A stretch of DNA of 63,385 nucleotides, counting the filler, from Octopus bimaculoides (taxonomy: Eukaryota), in assembly GCF_001194135.2 (NCBI RefSeq). It is 6 parts of 5 records of this genome, joined end to end, with 100 filler letters (N's around TTAATTAATTAA, not from the genome) between each part and the next. Parts side by side here need not be neighbours in the genome. Positions count along the whole stretch, not along the records: positions 39,518 to 61,619 come from NC_068984.1; 5 more parts are not named here. One strand, 5' to 3'. Position 1 is the stretch's first letter. Every line of letters starts with the position of its first letter. Under the pieces are notes generated by a model that saw nothing but the letters and a program-made list of their open reading frames with translations, made no database searches and was not told the origin of the DNA. The position numbers were made by a program, and so were the translations under genes. Of the stretch, positions 40,026 through 52,845 are shown one piece after another.

Positions 40026-40339
40026 CTGTAAGACAAAATTTTATTGTGAGCTTAATGAAATGAATAAATAACCAAGAGCTAAATTAATAATGCTTTCAAA
40101 TTTTGACACAAAGCCACCAATTTTAGAGAGACGGTTAGTTAATTACATTGAATCCAGTATTAAACTGGTACATATTTTTTTTGATGCTGAAAGGATGAAA
40201 CACAAAGTCAACTTTGGCAGAATTTGAACTCAGAATGTAAAAGGCTAGAGGAAAAGCTACCCAGCAGTTGTCTGACATTCTAACAATTCTTCCATCTCAC
40301 CATTTAAATTTTAATAATAATAATAATAATAATAATAAT

Positions 40340-40766
40340 CTGTCAAGACCTACCAAAAACTGAGCAAATATAAAGATCTTGAAATAGAAATTAGCAAAAT
40401 GTGGAATCTGAAGACAAAAACAATACCTATTGTCATAGGTGCCCTGGGAATGACAGCGAAACGGGCTGATTACTACCTAGCTCAGATACCAGGAAACCCC
40501 AAAATGGCTGAAGTTCAAAAGATAGTGCTCATGGGAACTGCCCATATCCTACGTAAAATACTGTCTATGTGATCTCAAATTTTAAAACAAAAACATAATT
40601 TTCTTATGGTTTCTTAAACATTCACTAGAACAAAACTGTACAAATCCAAATATATGGTACCCTAGGCATAACACCTACATGAACTTCTAACTTGTTGTTT
40701 CTTGAGGTCTCTGGGTGAGACTTGGATCCAACTTGTACAAATGCAAAACAAAAGTCAAACATAAAA
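40340..40766 (+). mobile_element. Young Dong/R4-like LINE 3' end in (TAA)n
   Basis: KLSKYKDLEIEISKMWNLKTKTIPIVIGALG...GTAHILRKILSM* (RLE C-terminus); TAA repeats on both sides. Confidence 0.85.
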
Positions 40767-41164
40767 TAATAATAATAGTAATTATTATTATTATTATTAT
40801 TATTATAGTAATAGTAATAACAATGATAAGAGTGTAAACCACCACAAGTCTTAATTGAAAGATTGCCATCTGACCAAAATACACAAAGGCCTGAAGAAAT
40901 AAGAAATTCTAATGAACCTGATAAAGACAGCTAGGAAAGTGAGAGAGCAAAAGTATTTGAAGAACACAGAGAGTCTATGATGGAAATGAAGTAGAAAAAT
41001 CTGAATCCATTAAGAGTCGTAAGACATACAAGTATGAATGATAGAGAAATACTTCATAAACTCTGAAATACCAATCAAAATGAAAAAAAAACAAAACAAA
41101 TTACAGTTATCCACTATGTAACAAAAGAAATCATACAAGTATTAAAAGCTGATCTTACTGAGTT

Positions 41165-42760
41165 AAATGAAATTATTTACACATCTGCTAAAGCAATTCA
41201 AACAAGTTGTATGTATCCAAAAAGAACAAAGAAATCCAAACTGGAGAAGTGAAATTGAACAAGAGATTGAATTAATGAGAGGGGGAATATCAATATTAAA
41301 TGAACAAATCTGTGAAATTGATGCGAAATCTAGAAAAGGAAGAAAGATGAAGAGAAAATATGGGTTCACACCAAGGGAAGAGCTGATATCAATAAAAGAT
41401 AAACTGAGACAAATAGTCCAAGCAAAATCTCAAAGGATACAAATATCTGAGAAGGGAAACAAATTTTACAAGCAAAATAAAATGTTCACATCTGATGCAA
41501 AAATAAGTCATCTGTGTTATATGAATGACTTAAAACTCTATGCCAAAGACAATAATGTGCTTCAAGGCTTATCACTGGGAAAGTATTCAGTGATGGTATT
41601 AGGATGAAGTTTGATCTTGATAAGTATGCAGAAAGTTCCAGAAAGGGAAATTGAAGACCACAAATTCAGATGTGTTAGATGTTGACACAATTGACCCATG
41701 CTGGCAAAATGCTTAACGGTATTTGATCTGCTGTGGAGTTGTGAGTTCAAATTCCACCGAGGTCAACTTTGCCTTTCATCCTTTTGGGGTCTATTAAATA
41801 AGTACCAGTTACGCACTGGAGTCAATGTAATCGACTTAATACTTTTGTCCTTGTTTGTTCTCTCTATGTTTAGTTCCCTGCAGGCAATAAAGAGATTAAC
41901 AATTGAGCAAGAACAAACCTACAAATAAATAAAGGTTCTGGTATTAAGCATGCAAGCCTGAAAGAGAAGATCAGGAATTAATGTTTTAGGAGAGTTCAAG
42001 CAGTCCTGGAATCTGAGCCAAATATGCATAACAAGGTGTTAGTCATAAATTCTTTAGCAAATCCAGTTGTTACTTATAGCTACATTATGTTGAACTCGAA
42101 TATTAGTGAAGTAAAGAAAATTGACGGAAAAACATACAAGCTACTGAGTTCTAATAAGATGTGCCACGCAAAGGCATTTGTGGATTGTCTTTACCTTCCC
42201 AGAGCCCATAGAAGTCGAGGCTTGATCCAATTTGAACTCTCCTACGAAACCACCACAATCAGACTGGCCAGATATCTTGAAACAACAAACAACTGAATAC
42301 TAAAGCACATTGAATATCATGAGAGGCATAAGAAGCTTCAAGAAATGTGCTACTGATCTCATGCATGATACTCTGGCTGAACAACCTGAGGGAAGTGCGG
42401 CAACTGTTGTTGCAAAGAATGTGAAATTAATGGCAAAGAAAAAAATACATGAGCAATTGTATAATAGGAGGGAGGAGAGATCTCTGCATGGCAAATATGT
42501 GGTCTGTAGCAAACAAGCTGATGTAGACCAGAAGCATACCTATCAGTGCTATGGAGCTCAGGGCTAAAGGCTGAGAACAAAGGCTTTATCTTAGCTGTTC
42601 AAGATCAAAGCTTATTGACCCAGCACTACCAATTCAATGTGATGGGAAATAGAGAAGATCCAAAATGTCAATTCTGCAATGATATGGTAGAAACTTGATT
42701 GCTGGATGCAAAGTCTTAACACCTGTGGAGTATAAATCCAAGACATGATAGAGTTGGCTG
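41165..42760 (+). mobile_element. Internally deleted Dong/R4-clade LINE with a SINE A insertion (about 41700-41925)
   Basis: ORF pieces ISHLCYMNDLKLYAK (RT), NKVLVINSLANPVVTYS, LHGKY, C-x2-C zinc-knuckle region. Confidence 0.75.
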
Positions 42761-42764
42761 CCAT

Positions 42765-43450
42765 TTGCACCAATCTTTTTCAGCCATGTTGGTAGTTGAG
42801 TGCTGATACTTCCAAGTGCACCAATTACTATTGGTATCATATCTGCTCTCTTCATTGATCACAACCTTCGTATTTCCCACTTCAAATCATGATAGTTGTT
42901 TATTTTTTCTTCTTCTTTCACATTGATCCTGTTGTCACCGGGGCATGCTATGTCGATTATTATAAATGTTCTTTCTTTTTTATTCACCATATCAATATCT
43001 GGTTTCTAATATCTTGTTGGGTGATCACACTGGATCATTGTATCCCACAGGATTTTGCAATTCTCATTTTCAGTTACACCTTATGGAGTTTGCTTATACC
43101 ATGTCTTTGCACTTTGTAGGCCGTGATTTCCACAGAGCTCCTAATGGATTGTTCTTGCCACATTGTTGTAGTGCAACACCAACATCAGTCTTAAGAAATA
43201 CTCCATCCTCAGTTGCTCTTTCATTTCCTTTTCCATTATCTCATTGAACTCTAGTACACCAAAGTATTTGTATCCTTCCGTTTCAATTTGTTTAATAAAG
43301 TCTCTATTTGGTAATTCTGTCCCTGCTAGGCACTGTATCTTGCCTCTTTTTAGGTAGATTATTCCGCACTTCTTGAGTCCAAATTCCATTCTAATATCAG
43401 TACTAAAGCAGTCGACTTGATCCGCTCCCCCAAGCTGCTCTTGTGGCAAA
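42765..43450 (-). mobile_element. Second Dong/R4-clade LINE fragment, opposite orientation
   Basis: FSTDIRMEFGLKKCGIIYLKRGK...YKYFGVLE and IPIVIGALG; adjoins a (TTA)n tract. Confidence 0.75.
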
Positions 43451-43459
43451 AATTTGAAA

Positions 43460-43506
<47 letters not shown>

Positions 43507-43535
43507 TGAAGCAGCAGCAGCAGCAGCAGTAGCAA

Positions 43536-43568
<33 letters not shown>

Positions 43569-43727
43569 GAAGAAGGATGAGAGACAATAATAAAAAGCAG
43601 GAAAAGGAAAGAGGGAGAGTTAGTAAGTTCAAAAGGGTAAAGGTGAGGAAAATACAGATAAAAAAGACTAAGATTCTAAATATTAAAAGAAAGGGAAGGA
43701 AAAAAGAAGAGGTGAAAACTATCTTAC

Positions 43728-43980
43728 TTTTCATTCTTGATATAAAAGCTCCTCCAGCCACAATAAGAATAATCACAAGTATGAACGCTCCTATAGCGAA
43801 AATAAGTCCAGTATGATCAAATGGCAATTTGGGTTCTTTCGTGATTGTGCTGTTATCGCAGCAATCCATATTTTCAGCACACTCAACTTTCAATTCAGAT
43901 ATTTCCTCTCTCTTATGATTATAAAGCTTCATTCTAGTTTTATCAATGGTAAGACCACTTTCTTGGCTAAATGAACCAAT
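43728..43980 (-). CDS. Exon F: end of VFT2, 3-Cys linker and TM helix (IGSFSQESGL...ECAENMDCCDNS...GLIFAIGAFILVIILIVAGGAFISRMK)
   Basis: Acceptor tttcag at 43981, donor gtaaga at 43727; phase 0 start matches exon E; ends in phase 1. Confidence 0.85.
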
Positions 43981-44203
43981 CTGAAACATAAAGAAGTTTA
44001 TAGCAGAATAAGTTAAAAATAATGTAAACTTGAAATTTGTATTCAATTTAATTGTTCATTAAGAGGAAATACATAATACACATGTAAATGGAGAAATGTT
44101 CACTTCTATGAAAAAGAGCAGAGGGAAATAAGTCACAGAATTCTATCATGTTGGTGGAGTTTTGAGAAAAATGAGTTAATGATGCAATATAAGCCAGATG
44201 CAA

Positions 44204-44390
<187 letters not shown>

Positions 44391-45796
44391 CAATGCCTGG
44401 ATGCAGTACGGATGCCCGGATGCAGTACTAATGCTCAGATGCAGTGTAAATGCCCACATGCAGTACCAGGCAGTGGTTCTCATGGCTTCTGATCTTAACT
44501 GATTGGAAGTGTTATCATGTACATTGTTTTGTCTTGGTATAAAAGATGGGCTACAGCAAATATTCTGCATAATACCACAGATTTGCTTGTCAGTTGTTTG
44601 ACCTTAACCAGTTGAGCATGTCCCTTGGTGGCTGACGATATGTGCATCTCTGATCATGAGCAAATGATAGATAAAGAATACACTGTAACAGTGTTATAAC
44701 AAAATAAAATAGAAACAGCAGCAGTAACAAACATGTAACGAACCAACAATCAATATTTCCAACACACTAACTTGAACTGTAAACTGTACCTGGACTTCAA
44801 AGACCAAACTACAAACTGCTAACTATGTCAGACTGCTACTATTTATATGTAGTGGTCTTGTCAGAGGGTGTCGTACTCTCGCCACAACAGTTACCCAACA
44901 GGGTGCATAACTCAGAGATCAGTGAGTCTCTCCAGGTCAAGCTGCTACTTCTCCACATTGAGAGGTCAAAGTTCCAGTGCTACAGACATGATTAGAATGT
45001 CACAAGAAAGAATTGCAAGATGAACCAATGAGCAAAAGACCAAGGGGTAGACCAAAAATGAGATGGTTGTATACTATCTGTAGTAGCACTTGGGAATTCA
45101 GCCAGAATGTCAAATGATGGCTGCTTCTGAGAGGATCCTATGGAAGAGCACTCTAACCCCATGACCCAATACTAGTATAATAGGCACAGAAAGTGAATGG
45201 ATGAATGGATTACTACAGAATGATATATTACACTGCATTTATGAGAACTTTTAACAGAACACTTACGTATTTTACTAATCATCATCTTTATCATCAATTG
45301 TTGAACAATACTGACTCAAATCGTAGGACTCGATGGTCTGATTACCCAGTTTCAATGATGTATGAGTGACCAAGATCACAACATTTCCCTGAACAAGAAT
45401 GCCAGTCTGTCACAAGATTACTCATTTATAGCTGAGTAGATTGGTTCAACATTACGTGAAGCATCATGTTCAAGAACACGCTACACTGCCCAGTCTGCCA
45501 TTTGAAACCAGTCTTGCAATTGTGAGTGCAACAACCTAACCACTTGGCCATGCATCTTATTTTACTAAGCCAACTATGAAATATCTATAATTAAAAGTGG
45601 CCATTCATTTAAAATAACTTCAATATAATCCTGTAACTTCAAACACTACTATTTTAGATATTATCTTGTATTCTTCAACAAATCATTTTAATCTGTCTTA
45701 GACTTCTTGGTTGGAAAATATTTGCCAGCACCAGAATAAAATAGCTGTATAGGAAATGTTATAGTGATATTTTTTAAAATAGATAAGAAAAAATTT

Positions 45797-48180
45797 GCCA
45801 ATGTTCTGCGCCATGAGGACTAAAGACTTGAGGTATTTCGTGTTGCAAGACAGTGTGTGAGAGATAATTGTGATGTCGTGGGAGAGAAATGTGTTCGCAT
45901 GGATGATGGTACGCTTGCACTAAACGAGACTGCAAAGAAAGAGGTATGGAGACGCCACTATGAAAGGTTGCTCAATAAAGAAAATGAATGGGAGGAATAG
46001 AGTCTGCCGAATGTCGACGCAACAGAGAGACCAGCGATTCGAGTTGACAGTACTATGGTAGATAAAGCTATTAAGAGTATGAAGACAGGGAAAGCCCCCG
46101 GCCCTTCATGAATCACTGCAGAATGCTCAAAATATCTGGCAGTGTCGGCTATAGCCTAGTCACCCGTATTGTTAACCAGGTGATACATGAAGGAGTCATA
46201 CCCAATGACTGGTGTAGCAGCACCATAGTCAACTGCTACAAAGGTAAAGGTGACGCTTTAGATACAAATAATTACAGAGGTATCAAGTTGTTAGATCAGG
46301 TAATGAAAGTCATGGAGAGGGTCATAGCCCAACTAATTAGGGAGAGAGTCAGTTTAGATGAGATGCAGGGAAAAGCACCACTGATGCTATATTTCTGATA
46401 AGACAGCTGCAGCAGAAATACCTAGCCAAGGATAAACTTCTGTACCTAGCTTTCGTTGACATGGGGAAAGCCTTTGACAGGGTCCCCCGATCCCTTATCT
46501 GGTGGTCAATGAGGAAACTAGGGATAGAAGAATGGTTAGTGAGAGCTGTGTGAGCCATGTACAGAGACGCTGTCAGTAAGGTGAGGGTTGGCAACGAGTA
46601 CAGTGAAGAATTCCGGGTAGAGGTAGGGGTCCACCAAGGTTCAGTCCTCAGCCCCCTCCTATTTATCATAGTCCTCCAGGCGATAACAGAGGAATTCAAG
46701 ACAGGATGCCCTTGGGAGCTCCTCTATGCTGATGACCTTGCACTAATTGCTGAGTCACTATCAGGACTGGAGAAATTTCAGGTGTGGAAGCAAGGACTAG
46801 AATTGAAGGGCCTTAGAGTCAACCTAGCTAAAACCAAAATCCTAATAAGTAGGAAGGTAGAAAAAACACGAACCCCTTCAGGTAGATGGCACTGCTCGAT
46901 TTGTAGAAAAGGCGTAGGTAGAAACTCTATAAGATGCACCCAGTGCAAGCTATGGACACATAAGAGGTGCAGCAATATCAAAGGAAGGTTAACTAGGAAG
47001 TTAGTTTTTGTATGTAGCAGATGTTCAGGAGCAATAAACACTGTAAATGTGCAGAAAACAACTTCTGCCACGTTCCAGGGAGAAAAACTAGACGTAGTTG
47101 ATAGCTTCCATTACCTAGGTAACCAAGTTAGTAGCAGGGGAGGGATGCGCTGAAAGTGTAGCTACTAGAATAAGAATAGCCTGGGCAAAGTTCAGAGAGC
47201 TCTTACCTCTGCTGGTGACAAGGGGCCTCTCACTCAGAGTAAAAGGCAGACTGTATGACGCATGTGTACAAACAGCCATGCTTCATGGCAGTGAAACATG
47301 GGCCATGACTGCTGAGGACATGTGTAAGCTCGCAAGGAATGAAGCCAATATGCTCCGATGGATGTATAATGTCAGTGTGCATACTAGACAGAGTGTTAGT
47401 ACCTTGAGAGAAAAGTTGAACTTACGAAGCATCAGTTGTGGTGTGCAAGAGAGACGATTGCGCTGCTATGGTCATGTAGCAAGAATGGATGAGGATAGCT
47501 GTGTGAAAAAGTGCCACACCCTAGCAGTTGAGGGAACCTGTGGAAGAGGTAGGCCCAGGAAGACCTGGGATGAGGTGGTGAGGCACGACCTTCGAACATT
47601 GGGCCTTACCGAGGCGATGACTTTTGACCGAGACCTCTGGAAATATGCTGTGCATGAGAAGACCCGGCAAGCCATGTGAGACCTAAATCTAAGGCCTCAG
47701 CCAGCCCACTTCTGCATACCTTCCTTCATTGGACACTAAACTCCGCTTGCGAAGACCTGTTGAAGCAAGTGAAATCGAAATTGAATTAGATTTGACGACT
47801 GGCACCCATGCCAATGTCGTCTCCTTCATTAGACACGAAATTCGGCTTGCGAAGACCTGTTGGTCCAAACAAAAGTGAAATCGTCATAGCACCTGTGCCC
47901 AGCATCGCCTCCCTGGCACTTGTGCTAGATGGCATGTGTGAAGACATTCGAGTGAGATCGTTGCCAGTACCGCCTGACTGGCCTTCGTGCCGGTGGCACA
48001 TAAAAGCACCCACTACACTCTCGGAGTGGTTGGCGTTAGGAAGGGCATCCAGCTGTAGAAACTCTTCCAAAATCAGATTGGAGCCTGGTGCAGCCATCTG
48101 GTTTCACCAGTCCTCAGTCAAATCGTCCAACCCATGCTAGTATGGAAAGCAGACGTTAAACGACGATGATGATGATGATG
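45797..48180 (+). mobile_element. 5'-truncated RTE-clade LINE with a PHD-like Cys/His insert and (GAT)n tail
   Basis: RT motifs KAFDRVP, GVHQGSVLSPLLF, LLYADDL, YLG; CSICRKGVGRNSIRCTQCKLWTHKRC...VCSRC; stops and frameshifts. Confidence 0.92.
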
Positions 48181-48244
48181 TTATTTTACATTTTAATGTG
48201 AAACAAAAATTACAAAAATAGCAATATTTAAGTAAACTACTTAC

Positions 48245-49469
48245 TTTTTTGTATGTATATTTCCCATCTTCATATTGGACATTATGGAACTGAAAACCTA
48301 TCAGTCCATTTCCATGAGAATCAAACATTTTCACAGCATCTAATGAGTTTAATATCTCAGTTTCTTTTATGGTTAAAACCAATTCTTCAGCTTTGCTTGA
48401 AAATTCTTCACACATTTTTCCACTGCATTTTTCATTAATTAATTTCTTTAACCCATTATGTATTGCATAAACTGCATTCATTGTTTGAACAATTCTGTGA
48501 TTATTTACATACAAATCAATATCGTTGTCAGAAAAAGTTTTCTTAATGCATGTAGATGCTTTTTTTGATGGATCACACATATACTGGTTCCAAAAATACT
48601 TAAAGTATGGGTTTTTTAAGTGGTTCAAACTTGCATCTTTCTCTTTTAAATATTTTTTGAAACTTATTCCCTCTTTTAAAAGAGCTCGTTTTGAACTATC
48701 AACAGTTATGATAATAGAGCCAGCAAACACATGGCCGTAACTTAAAATCAAATTGTTCTTCCCCCATGCATCACTCCCAATAAAAGTAAAAAAGTTATGC
48801 ATTTTCCTTTGATTCAAAGATTCAAGAAGATCTACAGTTCGGGAACTGGTGCCAAAGTATATGATAACTTTAATATTTTTAATCAATGCCACGGAAAATA
48901 TTTCATCAAATTCATCATGTTTGGTTTTTATTTTACTATCAGCAATACCTTTAAATGGGAACAAACATATCTGATTCTCCTTAGCAGCCGAAAGTAAAAG
49001 CTGTTTTGCTTTTAGTCCGTAGTTGTTTGTGGCATAAATTAGCCCAACATATCGCCAATCAAAGTGTTTCAAAATTTGAATTATAGCATTTACTTGCTGA
49101 TTATCACTTGGAACTGTCCGTAGGAAATAGGGATATGAAATCCGATCATCTAGGTCTTCAGACGAAGCTGCATAGGAAATTACTGGTCTTTTCAAGAGCA
49201 TGAATACATTAGCTATAGCTTTTGTAACAGAACTTGAAAGAGAACCAACAACACCGACAATATTTGATGGAGAAATGAGTTGACAAGTACTAATATCCTT
49301 GATTTTTGTTTCACCAGACAGAATGCTTGTAATATTTGAATGTGCACGTAATGGGTTGTAGCAGTCATCCAGCAACAGAGCTCCAAGTTTAACGCTGTCA
49401 CTGATTGTTTTAAACTTGTTCACATAATACAGGAAAGCTTCTCCAGCAATTGTGTCAATGAAAGGTTTT
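48245..49469 (-). CDS. Exon E: mGluR-like Venus-flytrap domain 2 (ANF-receptor/PBP1 fold)
   Basis: 1225-nt open exon: EAFLYYVN..KLGALLLDDC, IVGVVGSLSSSV, ISYAASS..L.D...YPYFLRTVPSD, WRYV, NNYG, GSDAWG, NPYF..FW, NAVYAI; acceptor ttccag, donor gtaagt; phases 2 to 0. Confidence 0.95.
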
Positions 49470-49879
49470 CTGGAAGCAATAAAAATAAGGATTTTTTAAA
49501 AACAAATTTTTATAGACACAAATATTAGTCAAAGCAAAAGGATGGTGCCCTTGATCTATTCAAACCCTACAGACCAGTGTAGTTTATGTGGTGGATGGTT
49601 AGTCTGAACTTCTGCAGATCTTATGGTTTGGAAAGAAATCATGAGTGAAAAAGGAATTTTAGAAAGGTGTCATTCTGGAAAGGATTGAGTTAAATATTTT
49701 ATAGTGGAATTTATCAGATAAGATACTGAAAGTCTGAAGAGAAGTGAGGTTGGTATATTAGGTGGCTCTAAAAACTGTGGCAGTGGTGGTGGGGGTAGGA
49801 GCAAGGTTTAGCCCCACATCAACTCAGAATCTTGGGGTTAGTAGCCCTCGCTCTTAACCATTACACCATATCCTCATCT

Positions 49880-50055
49880 CTTAAATATATGAGGCATTGT
49901 GATAAGAGGCATTCAACAACCCCTTCGGCTTTAATCTGGAAACTTAAAGATGAAGGGATCAGTTGTGACATCAAATGGAAAATCCTCTCCAGATTCAGAC
50001 CCCATATTAACAGGTCTAAAAATTATTCAGTGTGTTTTCTTAAAAAACCTTGAGA
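49880..50055 (+). mobile_element. Penelope-like element GIY-YIG C-terminal fragment, next to a SINE D head (49826-49872, -)
   Basis: KRHSTTPSALIWKLKDEGISCDIKWKILSRFRPHINRSKNYSVCFLKK resembles the PLE pattern T.LS..IW.LK...W.IL...Y...C.LC..EK. Confidence 0.6.
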
Positions 50056-50183
50056 ACCTCCGGCAAATACATATTATGGTTTTGTTCCACAGACAATAGT
50101 TCTGGTTACTTTTGGGTATCCTCTCATATAATGCATGGAAAGTATATATTGTTACTAAATAATCTTAAGTAAAAATGACTAAC

Positions 50184-50410
50184 CTTACATCACCACAACC
50201 AAAACCTTGACCTCTGTCATGAAGTGAGAAGATGCCTAATATTAAGATGTTTCCTGATACGTACACAACATTATCATCATTAAATGATAGACTTTCAGGA
50301 CAAGCTTTGGAATATTTTGAAGTGAGAGTTGCAAATGATGATAGATTATCATTCATCTTTATCGCAGAGGATTCCAATTGCAAACTATCATTTGAGAAAT
50401 ATTCGCCAAC
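50184..50410 (-). CDS. Exon D: inter-VFT linker and start of VFT2 (VGEYFSNDSLQL...GNILILGIFSLHDRGQGFGCGDVR)
   Basis: Acceptor tttcag, donor gttagt; GNILILGIFSLH...C matches mGluR GD..LG.LF..H...C; phase 0 to 2, AG+A gives Arg with exon E. Confidence 0.92.
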
Positions 50411-50694
50411 CTGAAATATATACAACAAAATTAATGTTAACAACAATTTCAAATGATCTTTATAATATATTTGTTTTAGTTGAAAGTTTCTCATTTATCT
50501 CATTTATCATCTTACATATTGACTCAGCTGCAGAAAGATATGGTTTCTACTGTGTCAAAGCAAATCACATCTAAATGCTTAATGTTCAACCCATCTCAAT
50601 GGATGACAAATATCATCCACCTATGTAAACCCCACTACATTCCTCACACAATCAAAGCATTCACTCTCAAAACCCCAAAGATTTATTAGTAGCT

Positions 50695-50732
<38 letters not shown>

Positions 50733-51580
50733 TATCATCATCATCATCATCATCATTTAACGTCTGCTTTCCATGCTAGCATGGGTTGGACGATTTGACT
50801 GGGGACTGGTGAACCAGAGGGCTATACCAGACTCCAATCTGATCTGGCAGAGTTTCTACAGCTGGATGCCCTTCCTAATGCCAACCACTCCGAAAGTGTA
50901 GTGGGTGCTTTTTACATGCCATCGGCACGAGGGCCAGTCCGNNNNNNNNNNNNNNNNNNNNNNNNNNNNNNNNNNNNNNNNNNNNNNNNNNNNNNNNNNN
51001 NNNNNNNNNNNNNNNNNNNNNNNNNNNNNNNNNNNNNNNNNNNNNNNNNNNNNNNNNNNNNNNNNNNNNNNNNNNNNNNNNNNNNNNNNNNNNNNNNNNN
51101 NNNNNNNNNNNNNNNNNNNNNNNNNNNNNNNNNNNNNNNNNNCAGTCATCGAATTTGGTTCAGTTTCGAATTCACTTGCCCCAACAGGTCTTCGCAAGCC
51201 GAGTTTAGTGTCCAATGAAGGAAGGTTGGCATGGGTGCCAATCATCGAATTTGGTTCGATTTCGATTTTGATTTCACTTGCCTCAACAGGTCTTCGCAAG
51301 CACGGTTTTGTGTCCAAAGAAGGAAAGGTACACATAAGTGGGCTGGCTACACCACTGGTAAAGGCCATGGATTATGGTCTCACTTGGCTTGCCAGGTCTT
51401 CTCACGCACAGCATATTTCCAAAGGTCTCGGTCACTAGTCATTGCCTCAGTGAGGCCTAATGTTCAAAGGTCGTACTTCACCACCTCATCCCAGGTCTTC
51501 CTGGGTCTACCTCTTCCACAGGTACCCCTCAACCATTTGGCTGTGGCACTTTTTCACACAGCTATCCTCTTCCATTCTCG
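50695..51580 (-). mobile_element. RTE LINE 3' end, inverted relative to 45797-48180
   Basis: (ATC)n tail followed by the reverse complement of 47520-48180; middle hidden by the N gap 50942-51142. Confidence 0.88.
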
Positions 51581-52845
51581 CCAAATGACAGAAAATGCTA
51601 CATACAAGAAAAGAAGAGGTTATACATCATTACCAAGTAGGAGGCCTTTCACTACCACCACAATGACTCAAGAACAGACAGACACCTTTCTCACCTCTCA
51701 AATTGCAGTTGAATTTTTACAATTTGTGTGTTCAGTACAAAAATCTTTACTGAAAAATTTCCTTTTTGTCAAGATGGCTCTGTGAGAAATACTTATACTG
51801 ATAAAAGTATCACATTTACCATTTACTTTGCTTCCAACTTCACATCATCAGTAGCAGTATTTTCCACCTGCTTTTCCTTGCTGGTATGGGTTGGATGGCT
51901 TTTTTCCTGAGGCTGAGTTGGATGGCTGAGTGACTTTCTAACCACTAACTCTTTTTGATGCCTCATGCAACATACAGAGACACAGTGTGCCTATCCTAAA
52001 CCCAGGACACACACACACACAATATAATGCTTCTAACTCTTCACTACACACATAAAAAAAGAGTTCTCTCAGATTCTGCTTCTTCATTCCATATGTCTCA
52101 CTACTTGTTTCAACACCATACTTGTTTAATCACCTCAGCCTCAATGTGACTAAATCTCATAAATTCCTTGCATTCCTCAAATCTTCTGTTACCTTCGATT
52201 GCTCTGTTATCCTCAAACCTCCCGCTAACCTCATTATCTTCAAACTTTCAAATCTTTGCTCATTGGTATTTTTTAGCAAAGTGCATTCTGATCCCCAGTC
52301 TTAGGATAACCTCTTTACAAGTCTCAGAGTTACTGAAAATTATCTCGAGCACTGTCATTCTTCTTTTGATTAAGCCTAGCCACAGTCAAATGACTAAAAA
52401 AAATAAAAGAATAATCTAGAGCTAGATTTTGGCAGTACCAAAATCTTTGATTCTTCTCTCACTACAATAAAAAACACTTGGCAGTGCATTTTATTCCCAA
52501 GACCAACAACTATATTTAATTTACACACTAACCTTGAGCCAAAGAAGGAGTTTTCACAGGCTTACTCCATCTGCTAGAAATTGCAGCTAAATCTTGCCCA
52601 AATCCTACCCAGCTAGATGTAGATTGGTTTGTTAGGGTAGGGTGAGAGAAAGGTTTTACCATATAGTATTATTCTAAAAATTAACAATCACTTCATTGAA
52701 ACCTTGAAGCCACAATTCAAAACAATGTGAATAAATATGCATTATGCTTGACACACGAGGTAATGTAGTTTTGTATACCCATAAAGACGGTATAGGTACA
52801 ACTTTTGATGAGGGTTAACTTGATGTTAAATAATAACATACTAAC

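Noticed and set aside
43141-43727. Long hydrophobic/poly-T/A/N extension of ORF 43141-44046 that could look like extra TM helices
   Set aside because: It lies past a canonical donor (43727) and runs through microsatellite and antisense Dong sequence; intron read-through.
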